Shown piece after piece: positions 24,001 to 37,200 of a stretch of DNA of 64,000 nt. The notes below the pieces were generated by a model. That model ran no database searches. It was not told the origin of the DNA and saw only the letters and a program-made list of their open reading frames with translations. The first letter of the stretch is position 1; each line of letters opens with the position of its first letter. A program made the translations under genes and the position numbers. This stretch comes from the human T2T-CHM13v2.0 reference genome, Homo sapiens. The stretch lies in the NCBI RefSeq assembly GCF_009914755.1, contig NC_060925.1; one strand, given 5' to 3'.

Positions 24001-27000
24001 TAACCTTTCTTTTCATAGAGCAGTTAGGAAACACTCTGTTTGTAAAGTCTGCAAGTGGATATTCAGACCTCTTTGAGGCCTTCGTTGGAAACGGGATTTC
24101 TTCATATTCTGCTAGACAGAAGAATTCTCAGTAACTTCCTTGTGTTGTGTGTATTCAACTCACAGAGTTGAACGATCCTTTACACAGAGCAGACTTGAAA
24201 CACTCTTTTTGTGGAATTTGCAAGTGGAGATTTCAGCCGCTTTGAGGTCAAGAGTAGAAAAGGAAATATCTTCGTAGAAAAACTAGACAGAATGATTCTC
24301 AGAAACTCCTTTGTGATGTGTGTGTTCAACTCACAGAGTTTAACCTTTCTTTTCATAGAGCAGTTAGTAAACACTCTGTTTATAAAGTCTGCAAGTGGAT
24401 ATTCAGACCCCTTTGAGGCCTTCGTTGGAAACGGGATTTCTTCCTATTATGCTAGACAGAAGAATTCTCAGTAACTTCCTTGTGTTGTGTGTATTCAACT
24501 GACAGAGTTGAACTATCATTTAGAGAGAGCAGATTTGAAACACTGTTTTTGTGGAATTTGCAAGTGGAGATTTCAAGCGCTTTGGGGCCAAAGGCAGAAA
24601 AGGAAATATCTTCGTATAAAAACTAGACAGAATCATTCTCAGAAACTGCAGCGTGATGTGTGCGTTCAACTCTCAGAGTTTAACTTTTCTTTTCATTCAG
24701 CGGTTTGGAAACACTCTGTTTGTAAAGTCTGCACGTGGAAATTTTGACCACTTAGAGGCCTTCGTTGGAAACGGGTTTTTTTCATGTAAGGCTAGACAGA
24801 AGAATTCCCAGTAACTTCCTTGTGTTGTGTGCATTCAACTCACAGAGTTGAACGTTCCCTTAGACAGAGCAGATTTGAAACACTCTATTTGTGCAATTTG
24901 CAAGTGTAGTTTTCAAGCTCTTTAAGGTCAACGGCAGAAAAGGAAATATCTTCGTTTCAAAACTAGACAGAATCATTCCCACAAACTGCGTTGTGATGTG
25001 TTCGTTCAACTCACAGAGTTTAACCTTTCTGTTCATAGAGCAGTTAGGAAACACTCTGTTTTTAAAGTCTGTAAGTGGATATTCTGACATCTTGTGGCCA
25101 TCGTTGGAAACGGGATTTCTTCATATTCTGCTAGACAGAAGAATTCTCAGTAACTTCCTTGTGTTGTGTGTATTCAACTCACAGAGTTGAACGATCCTTT
25201 ACACAGAGCAGACTTGAAACACTGTTTTTGTGGAATTTGCAAGTGGAGATTTCAGCCGCTTTGAGGTCAATGGTAGAAAAGGAAACTATCTTCATATAAA
25301 GACTAGACAGAATGATTCTCAGAAAATCTTTTGTGATGTGTGCGTTCAACTCACAGAGTTTAACTTTTCTTCTCATAGAGCAGTTAGGAAACACTCTGTT
25401 TGTAAAGTCTGCAAGTGGATATTCAGACCTCTTTGAGGCCTTCGTTGGAAACGGGATTTCTTCATATTATGCTAGACAGATTAATTCTCAGTAACTTCCT
25501 TGTGTTGTGTGTATTCAACTCACAAAGTTGAAGGATCCTTTACAGAGAGCAGGCTTGAAACACTCTTTTTGTCGAATTTGCAAGTGGAGATTTCAGCCGC
25601 TTTGAGGTCAATGGTAGAATAGGAAATATCTTCTTATAGAAACTAGACAGAATGATTCTCATAAACTCCTTTGTGATGTGTGCGTTCAACTCACAGAGTT
25701 TAACCTTTCTTTTCATAGAGCAGTTAGGAAACACTCTGTTTGTAAAGTCTGCAAGTGGATATTCAGACCTCTTTGAGGCCTTCGTTGGAAACGGGATTTC
25801 TTCATATTTTGCTAGACAGAAGAATTCTCACTAACTTCCTTGTGTTGTGTGTATTCAACTCACAGAGTTGAACGATCCTTTACACAGAGCAGACTTGAAA
25901 CACTCTTTTTGTGGAATTTGCAAGTGGAGATTTCAGCCGCTTTGAGGTCAATAGTAGAAAAGGAAATATCTTCGTAGAAAAACTAGACAGAATGATTCTC
26001 AGAAACTCCTTTGTGATGTGTGTTTTCAACTCACAGAGTTTAACCTTTCTTTTCATAGAGCAGTTAGTAAACACTCTGTTTATAAAGTCTGCAAGTGGAT
26101 ATTCAGACCCCTTTGAGGCCTTCGTTGGAAACGGGATTTCTTCCTATTATGCTAGACAGAAGAATTCTCAGTAACTTCCTTGTGTTGTGTGTATTCAACT
26201 GACAGAGTTGAACTTTCATTTAGAGAGAGCAGATTTGAAACACTGTTTTTGTGGAGTTTGCAAGTGGAGATTTCAAGCGCTTTGGGGCCAAAGGCAGAAA
26301 AGGAAATATCTTCGTATAAAAACTAGATAGAATCATTCTCAGAAACTGCTGCGTGATGTGTGCGTTCAACTCTCAGAGTTTACCTTTTCTTTTCATTCAG
26401 CGGTTTGGAAACACTCTGTTTGTAAAGTCTGCACGTGGATATTTTGACCACTTAGAGGCCTTCGTTAGAAACGGGTTTTTTTCATGTAAGGCTAGACAGA
26501 AGAATTCCCAGTAACTTCCTTGTGTTGTGTGCATTCAACTCACAGAGTTGAACGTTCCCTTAGACAGAGCAGATTTGAAACACTCTATTTGTGCAATTTG
26601 CAAGTGTAGATTTCAAGCGCTTTAAGGTCAATGGCAGAAAAGGAAATATCTTCGTTTCAAAACTAGACAGAATCATTCCCACAAACTGCGTTGTGATGTG
26701 TTCGTTCAACTCACAGAGTTTAACCTTTCTGTTCATAGAGCAGTTAGGAAACACTCTGTTTGTAAACTCTGCAAGTGGATATTCAGACCTCCTTGAGGCC
26801 TTCGTTGGAAACGGGATTTCTTCATATTCTGCTAGACAGAATAATTCTCAGTAACTTCCTTGTGTTGTGTGTATTCAACTCACAGAGTTGAACGATCCTT
26901 TACACAGAGCAGACTTCAAACACTCTTTCTGTGGAATTTGCAAGTGGAGATTTCAGCCGCTTTGAGGTCAATGGTAGAATAGGAAATATCTTCCTATAGA

Positions 27001-28698
27001 AACTAGACAGAATGATTCTCAGAAACTCCTTTGTGATGTGTGCGTTCAACTCACAGAGTTTAACCTTTCTTTTCATAGAGCAGTTAGGAAACACTCTGTT
27101 TGTAAAGTCTGCAAGTGGATATTCAGACCTCTTTGAGGCCTTCGTTGGAAACGGGATTTCTTCATATTCTCCTAGACAGAAGAATTCTCAGTAACTTCCT
27201 TGTGTTGTGTGTATTCAACTCACAGAGTTGAACGATCCTTTACACAGAGCAGACTTGAAACACTCTTTTTGTGGAATTTGCAAGTGGAGATTTCAGCCGC
27301 TTTGAGGTCAATGGTAGAAAAGTAAATATCTTCGTATAAAGACTAGACAGAATGATTCTCAGAAACTCCTTTGTGATGTGTGCGTTCAACTCACAGAGTT
27401 TAACCTTTCTGTTCATAGAGCAGTTAGGAAACACTCTGTTTGTAAAGTCTGCAAGTGGATATTCAGACCTCCTTGAGGCCTTCGTTGGAAATGGGATTTC
27501 TTCATATTCTGCTAGACAGAAGAATTCTCAGTAACTTCCTTGTGTTGTGTGTATTCAACTCACAGAGTTGAACGATCCTTTACACAGAGCAGACTTGAAA
27601 CACTCTTTTTGTGGAATTTGCAAGTGGAGATTTCAGCCGCTTTGAGGTCAATGGTAGAAAAGGAAATATCTTCGTATAAAGACTAGACAGAAGGATTCTC
27701 ATAAACTCCTTTGTGATGTGTGCGTTCAACTCACAGAGTTTAACTTTTCTTTTCATAGAGCAGTTAGGAAACACTCTGTTTGTAAAGTCTGCAAGTGGAT
27801 ATTCAGACCTCTTTGAGGCCTTCGTTGGAAACGGGATTTCTTCATATTATGCTAGACAGAAGAATTCTCAGTAACTTCCTTGTGTTGTGTGTATTCAACT
27901 CACAGAGTTGAACGATCCTTTACACAGAGCAGACTTGAGACATTCTTTTTGTGGAATTTGCAAGTGGAGATTTCAGCCGCTTTGAGGTCAATGGTAGAAT
28001 AGGAAATATCTTCCTAAAGAAACTAGACAGAACGATTCTCAGAAACTCCTTTGTGATGTGTGCGTTCAACTCACAGAGTTTAACCTTTCTTTTCATAGAG
28101 CAGTTAGGAAACACTCTGTTTGTAAAGTCTGCAAGTGGATATTCAGACCTCTTTGAGGCCTTCGTTGGAAACGGGATTTCTTCATATTCTGTTAGACAGA
28201 AGAATTCTCAGTAACTTCCTTGTGTTGTGTGTATTCAACTCACAGAGTTGAACGATCCTTTACACAGAGCAGACTTGAAACATTCTTTTTGTGGAATTTG
28301 CAAGTGGAGATTTCAGCCGCTTTGAGGTCAATGGTAGAATAGGAAATATCTTCCTATAGAAACTAGACAGAACGATTCTCAGAAACTCCTTTGTGATGTG
28401 TGCGTTCAACTCACAGAGTTTAACCTTTCTTTTCATAGAGCAGTTAGGAAACACTCTGTTTGTAAAGTCTGCAAGTGGATATTCAGACCTCTTTGAGGCC
28501 TTCGTTGGAAACGGGATTTCTTCATATTCTGCTAGACAGAAGAATTCTCAGTAACTTCCTTGTGTTGTGTGTATTCAACTCACAGAGTTGAACGATCCTT
28601 TACACAGAGCAGACTTGAAACACTCTTTTTGTGGAATTTGCAAGTGGAGATTTCAGCCGCTTTGAGGTCAATAGTAGAAAAGGAAATATCTTCGTAGA
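15021..28698 (+). repeat. 6800-bp (40-monomer, 20-dimer) tandem duplication, apparently exact
   Basis: Every private SNP checked recurs at +6800 (e.g. 15099/21899, 15920/22720, 18681/25481, 19661/26461, 20371/27171, 21391/28191). The ORF track repeats identically from 15031 and 21831 onward. Mismatches bound the block at 15020 vs 21820 and at 21899 vs 28699. Confidence 0.95.
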
Positions 28699-30799
28699 AA
28701 AACTAGACAGAATGATTCTCAGAAACTCCTTTGTGATGTGTGTGTTCAACTCACAGAGTTTAACCTTTCTTTTCATAGAGCAGTTAGTAAACACTCTGTT
28801 TATAAAGTCTGCAAGTGGATATTCAGACCCCTTTGAGGCCTTCGTTGGAAACGGGATTTCTTCATATTATGCTAGACAGAAGAATTCTCAGTAACTTCCT
28901 TGTGTTGTGTGTTTTTAACTGACAGAGTTGAACTTTCATTTAGAGAGAGCAGATTTGAAACACTGTTTTTGTGGAATTTGCAAGTGGAGATTTCAAGCGC
29001 TGTGGGCCAAAGGCAGAAAAGGAAATATCTTCGTATAAAAACTAGACAGAATCATTCTCAGAAACTGCTGCGTGATGTGTGCGTTCAACTCTCAGAGTTT
29101 AACTTTTCTTTTCATTCAGCGGTTTGGAAACACTCTGTTTGTAAAGTCTGCACGTGGAAATTTTGACCACTTAGAGGCCTTCGTTGGAAACGGGTTTTTT
29201 TCATGTAAGGCTAGACAGAAGAATTCCCAGTAACTTCCTTGTGTTGTGTGCATTCAACTCACAGAGTTGAACGTTCCCTTAGACAGAGCAGATTTGAAAC
29301 ACTCTATTTGTGCAATTTGCAAGTGTAGTTTTCAAGCTCTTTAAGGTCAACGGCAGAAAAGGAAATATCTTCGTTTCAAAACTAGACAGAATCATTCCCA
29401 CAAACTGCGTTGTGATGTGTTCGTTCAACTCACAGAGTTTAACCTTTCTGTTCATAGAGCAGTTAGGAAACACTTTGTTTGTAAAGTCTGTAAGTGGATA
29501 TTCTGACATCTTGTGGCCTTCGTTGGAAACGTGATTTCTTCATATTCTGCTAGACAGAAGAATTCTCAGTAACTTCCTTGTGTTGTGTGTATTCAACTCA
29601 CAGAGTTGAACGATCCTTTACACAGAGCAGGCTTGAAACACTCTTTTTGTGGAATTTGCAAGTGGAGATTTCAGCCGCTTTGAGGTCAATGGTAGAAAAG
29701 GAAACTATCTTCATATAAAGACTAGACAGAATGATTCTCAGAAAATCTTTTGTGATGTGTGCGTTCAACTCACAGAGTTTAACTTTTCTTCTCATAGAGC
29801 AGTTAGGAAACACTCTGTTTGTAAAGTGTGCAAGTGGATATTCAGACCTCTTTGAGGCCTTCGTTGGAAACGGGATTTCCTCATATTCTGCTAGACAGAA
29901 GAATTCTCAGTAACTTCCTTGTGTTGTGTGTATTCAACTCACAGAGTTGAAGGATCCTTTACAGAGAGCAGGCTTGAAACACTCTTTTTGTCGAATTTGC
30001 AAGTGGAGATTTCAGCCGCTTTGAGGTCAATGGTAGAATAGGAAATATCTTCTTATAGAAACTAGACAGAATGATTCTCATAAACTCCTTTGTGATGTGT
30101 GCGTTCAACTCACAGAGTTTAACCTTTCTTTTCATAGAGCAGTTAGGAAACACTCTGTTTGTAAAGTCTGCAAGTGGATATTCAGACCTCCTTGAGGCCT
30201 TCGTTGGAAACGGGATTTCTTCATATTCTGCTAGACAGAAGAATTCTCAGTAACTTCCTTGTGTTGTGTTTATTCAACTCACAGAGTTGAATGATCCTTT
30301 ACACAGAGCAGACTTGAAACACTCTTTTTGTGGAATTTGCAAGTGGAGATTTCAGCCGCTTTGAGGTCAATGGTAGAAAAGTAAATATCTTCGTATAAAG
30401 ATTAGACAGAATGATTCTCAGAAACTCCTTTGTGATGTGTGCGTTCAACTCACAGAGTTTAACCTTTCTGTTCATAGAGCTGTTAGGAAACACTCTGTTT
30501 GTAAAGTCTGCAAGTGGATATTCAGACCTCCTTGAGGCCTTCGTTGGAAACGGGATTTCTTCATATTCTGCTAGACAGAAGAATTCTCAGTAACTTCCTT
30601 GTGTTGTGTGTATTCGGCTCACAGAGTTGAACAATCCTTTACACAGAGCAGACTTGAAACACTCTTTTTGTGGAATTTGCAAGTGGAGATTACAGCCGCT
30701 TTGAGGTCAATGGTAGAAAAGGAAATATCTTCGTATAAAGACTAGACAGAATGATTCTCATAAACTCCTTTGTGATGTGTGCGTTCAACTCACAGAGTT

Positions 30800-33700
30800 T
30801 AACTTTTCTTTTCATAGAGCAGTTAGGAAACACTCTGTTTGTAAAGTCTGTAAGTGGATATTCTGACATCTTGTGGCCTTCGTTGGAAACGGGATTTCTT
30901 CATATTCTGCTAGACAGAAGAATTCTCAGTAACTTCCTTGTGTTGTGTGTATTCAACTCACAGAGTTGAACGATCCTTTACACAGAGCAGACTTGAAACA
31001 CTCTTTTTGTGGAATTTGCAAGTGGAGATTTCAGCCGCTTTGAGGTCAATGGTAGAAAAGGAAACTATCTTCATATAAAGACTAGACAGAATGATTCTCA
31101 GAAAATCTTTTGTGATGTGTGCGTTCAACTCACAGAGTTTAACTTTTCTTCTCATAGAGCAGTTAGGAAACACTCTGTTTGTAAAGTGTGCAAGTGGATA
31201 TTCAGACCTCTTTGAGGCCTTCGTTGAAAACGGGATTTCTTCATATTCTGCTAGACAGAAGAATTCTCAGTAACTTCCTTGTGTTGTGTGTATTCAACTC
31301 ACAGAGTTGAAGGATCCTTTACAGAGAGCAGGCTTGAAACACTCTTTTTGTCGAATTTGCAAGTGGAGATTTCAGCCGCTTTGAGGTCAATGGTAGAATA
31401 GGAAATATCTTCTTATAGAAACTAGACCGAATGATTCTCATAAACTCCTTTGTGATGTGTGCGTTCAACTCACAGAGTTTAACCTTTCTTTTCATAGAGC
31501 AGTTAGGAAACACTCTGTTTGTAAAGTCTGCAAGTGGATATTCAGACCTCCTTGAGGCCTTCGTTGGAAACGGGATTTCTTCATATTCTGCTAGACAGAA
31601 GAATTCTCAGTAACTTCCTTGTGTTGTGTGTATTCAACTCACAGAGTTGAACGATCCTTTACAGAGAGCAGACTTGAAACACTCTTTTTGTGGAAATTGC
31701 AAGTGGAGATTTCAGCTGCTTTGAGGTCAATGGTAGAATAGGAAATATCTTCCTATAGAAACTAGACAGAATGATTCTCATAAACTCCTTTGTGATGTGT
31801 GCGTTCAACTCACAGAGTTTAACCTTTCTTTTCATAGAGCAGTTAGGAAACACTCTGTTTGTAAAGTCTGCAAGTGGATATTCAGACCTCTTTGAGGCCT
31901 TCGTTGGAAACGGGATTTCTTCATATTCTGCTAGACAGAAGAATTCTCAGTAACTTCCTTGTGTTGTGTGTATTCAACTCACAGAGTTGAACGATCCTTT
32001 ACACAGAGCAGACTTGAAACACTCTTTTTGTGGAATTTGCAAGTGGAGATTTCAGCCGCTTTGAGGTCAATGGTAGAAAAGGAAATATCTTCGTATAAAG
32101 ACTAGACAGAATGATTCTCATAAACTCCTTTGTGATGTGTGCGTTCAACTCACAGAGTTTAACTTTTCTTTTCATAGAGCAGTTAGGAAACACTCTGTTT
32201 GTAAAGTCTGTAAGTGGATATTCTGACATCTTGTGGCCCTCGTTGGAAACGGGATTTCTTCATATTCTGCTAGACAGAAGAATTCTCAGTAACTTCCTTG
32301 TGTTGTGTGTATTCAACTCACAGAGTTGAACGATCCTTTACACAGAGCAGACTTGAAACACTCTTTTTGTGGAATTTGCAAGTGGAGATTTCAGCCGCTT
32401 TGAGGTCAATGGTAGAAAAGGAAACTATCTTCATATAAAGACTAGACAGAATGATTCTCAGAAAATCTTTTGTGATGTGTGCGTTCAACTCACAGAGTTT
32501 AACTTTTCTTCTCATAGAGCAGTTAGGAAACACTCTGTTTGTAAAGTGTGCAAGTGGATATTCAGACCTCTTTGAGGCCTTCGTTGAAAACGGGATTTCT
32601 TCATATTCTGCTAGACAGAAGAATTCTCAGTAACTTCCTTGTGTTGTGTGTATTCAACTCACAGAGTTGAAGGATCCTTTACAGAGAGCAGGCTTGAAAC
32701 ACTCTTTTTGTCGAATTTGCAAGTGGAGATTTCAGCCGCTTTGAGGTCAATGGTAGAATAGGAAATATCTTCTTATAGAAACTAGACAGAATGATTCTCA
32801 TAAACTCCTTTGTGATGTGTGCGTTCAACTCACAGAGTTTAACCTTTCTTTTCATAGAGCAGTTAGGAAACACTCTGTTTGTAAAGTCTGCAAGTGGATA
32901 TTCAGACCTCCTTGAGGCCTTCGTTGGAAACGGGATTTCTTCATATTCTGCTAGACAGAAGAATTCTCAGTAACTTCCTTGTGTTGTGTGTATTCAACTC
33001 ACAGAGTTGAACGATCCTTTACAGAGAGCAGACTTGAAACACTCTTTTTGTGGAAATTGCAAGTGGAGATTTCAGCCGCTTTGAGGTCAATGGTAGAATA
33101 GGAAATATCTTCCTATAGAAACTAGACAGAATGATTCTCATAAACTCCTTTGTGATGTGTGCGTTCAACTCACAGAGTTTAACCTTTCTTTTCATAGAGC
33201 AGTTAGGAAACACTCTGTTTGTAAAGTCTGTAAGTGGATATTCTGACATCTTGTGGCCTTCGTTGGAAACGGGATTTCTTCATATTCTGCTAGACAGAAG
33301 AATTCTCAGTAACTTCCTTGTGTTGTGTGTATTCAACTCACAGAGTTGAACGATCCTTTACACAGAGCAGACTTGAAACACTCTTTTTGTGGAATTTGCA
33401 AGTGGAGATTTCAGCCGCTTTGAGGTCAATAGTAGAAAAGGAAACTATCTTCATATAAAGACTAGACAGAATGATTCTCAGAAAATCTTTTGTGATGTGT
33501 GCGTTCAACTCACAGAGTTTAACTTTTCTTCTCATAGAGCAGTTAGGAAACACTCTGTTTGTAAAGTGTGCAAGTGGATATTCAGACCTCTTTGAGGCCT
33601 TCGTTGAAAACGGGATTTCTTCATATTCTGCTAGACAGAAGAATTCTCAGTAACTTCCTTGTGTTCTGTGTATTCAACTCACAGAGTTGAAGGATCCTTT

Positions 33701-34250
33701 ACAGAGAGCAGGCTTGAAACACTCTTTTTGTCGAATTTGCAAGTGGAGATTTCAGCCGCTTTGAGGTCAATGGTAGAATAGGAAATATCTTCTTATAGAA
33801 ACTAGACAGAATGATTCTCATAAACTCCTTTGTGATGTGTGCGTTCAACTCACAGAGTTTAACCTTTCTTTTCATAGAGCAGTTAGGAAACACTCTGTTT
33901 GTAAAGTCTGCAAGTGGATATTCAGACCTCCTTGAGGCCTTCGTTGGAAACGGGATTTCTTCATATTCTGCTAGACAGAAGAATTCTCAGTAACTTCCTT
34001 GTGTTGTGTGTATTCAACTCACAGAGTTGAACGATCCTTTACAGAGAGCAGACTTGAAACACTCTTTTTGTGGAAATTGCAAGTGGAGATTTCAGCCGCT
34101 TTGAGGTCAATGGTAGAATAGGAAATATCTTCCTATAGAAACTAGACAGAATGATTCTCATAAACTCCTTTGTGATGTGTGCGTTCAACTCACAGAGTTT
34201 AACCTTTCTTTTCATAGAGCAGTTAGGAAACACTCTGTTTGTAAAGTCTG
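30800..34250 (+). repeat. Local triplication (1360- and 1020-bp periods) of a B-less block
   Basis: The box variant CTTCGTTGAAAACGGGA occurs at 31219, 32579 and 33599. Hybrid C-tails occur at ~30850, 32210 and 33230. TGGAAATTGC occurs at 31691, 33051 and 34071. Confidence 0.85.
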
Positions 34251-37200
34251 CAAGTGGATATTCAGACCTCTTTGAGGCCTTCGTTGGAAACGGGATTTCT
34301 TCATATTCTGCTAGACAGAAGAATTCTCACTAACTTCCTTGTGTTGTGTGTATTCAACTCACAGAGTTGAACGATCCTTTACACAGAGCAGACTTGAAAC
34401 ACTCTTTTTGTGGAATTTGCAAGTGGAGATTTCAGCCGCTTTGAGGTCAATAGTAGAAAAGGAAATATCTTCGTAGAAAAACTAGACAGAATCATTCTCA
34501 GAAACTCCTTTGTGATGTGTGTGTTCAACTCACAGAGTTTAACCGTTCTTTTCATAGAGCAGTTAGTAAACACTCTGTTTATAAAGTCTGCAAGTGGATA
34601 TTCAGACCCCTTTGAGGCCTTCGTTGGAAACGGGATTTCTTCATATTATGCTAGACAGAAGAATTCTCAGTAACTTCCTTGTGTTGTGTGTATTCAACTG
34701 ACAGAGTTGAACTTTCATTTAGAGAGAGCAGATTTGAAACACTGTTTTTGTGGAATTTGCAATTGGAGATTTCATGCACTTTGGGGCCAAAGGCAGAAAA
34801 GGAAATATCTTCGTATAAAAACTAGACAGAATCATTCTCAGAAACTGCTGCGTGATGTGTCCGTTCAACTCTCAGAGTTTAACTTTTCTTTTCATTCAGC
34901 GGTTTGGAAACACTCTGTTTGTAAAGTCTGCACGTGGATATTTTGACCACTTAGAGGCCTTCGTTGGAAACGGGTTTTTTTCATGTAAGGCTAGACAGAA
35001 GAATTCCCAGTAACTTCCTTGTGTTGTGTGCATTCAACTCACAGAGTTGAACGTTCCCTTAGACAGAGCAGATTTGAAACACTCTATTTGTGCAATTTGC
35101 AAGTGTAGATTTCAAGCGCTTTAAGGTCAATGGCAGAAAAGGAAATATCTTCGTTTCAAAACTAGACAGAATCATTCCCACAAACTGCGTTGTGATGTGT
35201 TCGTTCAACTCACAGAGTTTAACCTTTCTGTTCATAGAGCAGTTAGGAAACACTCTGTTTGTAAAGTCTGCAAGTGGATATTCAGACCTCCTTGAGGCCT
35301 TCGTTGGAAACGGGATTTCTTCATATTCTGCTAGACAGAATAATTCTCAGTAACTTCCTTGTGTTGTGTGTATTCAACTCACAGAGTTGAACGATCCTTT
35401 ACACAGAGCAGACTTGAAACACTCTTTTTGTGGAATTTGCAAGTGGAGATTTCAGCCGCTTTGAGGTCAATGGTAGAAAAGGAAACTATCTTCATATAAA
35501 GACTAGACAGAATGATTCTCAGAAAATCTTTTGTGATGTGTGCGTTCAACTCACAGAGTTTAACTTTTCTTCTCATAGAGCAGTTAGGAAACACTCTGTT
35601 TGTAAAGTGTGCAAGTGGATATTCAGACCTCTTTGAGGCCATCGTTGGAAACGGGATTTCTTCATATTATGCTAGACAGAATAATTCTCAGTAACTTCCT
35701 TGTGTTGTGTGTATTCAACTCACAGAGTTGAAGGATCCTTTACAGAGAGCAGGCTTGAAACACTCTTTTTGTCGAATTTGCAAGTGGAGATTTCAGCCGC
35801 TTTGAGGTCAATGGTAGAATAGGAAATATCTTCTTATAGAAACTAGATAGAATGATTCTCATAAACTCCTTTGTGATGTGTGCGTTCAACTCACAGAGTT
35901 TAACCTTTCTTTTCATAGAGCAGTTAGGAAACACTCTGTTTGTAAAGTCTGCAAGTGGATATTCAGACCTCCTTGAGGCCTTCGTTGGAAACGGGATTTC
36001 TTCATATTCTGCTAGACAGAAGAATTCTCAGTAACTTCCTTCTGTTGTGTTTATTCAACGCACAGAGTTGAATGATCCTTTACACAGAGCAGACTTGAAA
36101 CACTCTTTTTGTGGAATTTGCAAGTGGAGATTTCAGCCGCTTTGAGGTCAATGGTAGAAAAGTAAATATCTTCGTATAAAGACTAGACAGAATGATTCTC
36201 AGAAACTCCTTTGTGATGTGTGCGTTCAACTCACAGAGTTTAACCTTTCTGTTCATAGAGCAGTTAGGAAACACTCTGTTTGTAAAGTCTGCAAGTGGAT
36301 ATTCAGACCTCCTTGAGGCCTTCGTTGGAAACGGGATTTCTTCATATTCTGCTAGACAGAAGAATTCTCAGTAACTTCCTTGTGTTGTGTGTATTCAACT
36401 CACAGAGTTGAACGATCCTTTACACAGAGCAGACTTGAAACACTCTTTTTGTGGAATTTGCAAGTGGAGATTTCAGCCGCTTTGAGGTCAATGGTAGAAA
36501 AGGAAATATCTTCGTATAAAGACTAGACAGAATGATTCTCAGAAACTCCTTTGTGATGTGTGCGTTCAACTCACAGAGTTTAACTTTTCTTTTCATAGAG
36601 CAGTTAGGAAACACTCTGTTTGTAAAGTCTGCAAGTGGATATTCAGACCTCTTTGAGGCCTTCGTTGGAAACGGGATTTCTTCATATTCTGCTAGACAGA
36701 AGAATTCTCAGTAACTTCCTTGTGTTGTGTGTATTCAACTCACAGAGTTGAACGATCCTTTACACAGAGCAGACTTGAAACACTCTTTTTGTGGAATTTG
36801 CAATTGGAGATTTCAGCCGCTTTGAGGACAATAGTAGAAAAGGAAATATCTTCGTAGAAAAACTAGACAGAATGATTCTCAGAAACTCCTTTGTGATGTG
36901 TGTGTTCAACTGACAGAGTTTAACCTTTCTTTTCATAGAGCAGTTAGTAAACACTCTGTTTATAAAGTCTGCAAGTGGATATTCAGACCCCTTTGAGGCC
37001 TTCGTTGGAAACGGGATTTCTTCATCTTATGCTAGACAGAAGAATTCTCAGTAACTTCCTTGTGTTGTGTGTATTCAACTGACAGAGTTGAACTATCATT
37101 TAGAGAGAGCAGATTTGAAACACTGTTTTTGTGGAATTTGCAAGTGGAGATTTCAAGCGCTTTGGGGCCAAAGGCAGAAAAGGAAATATCTTCGTATAAA

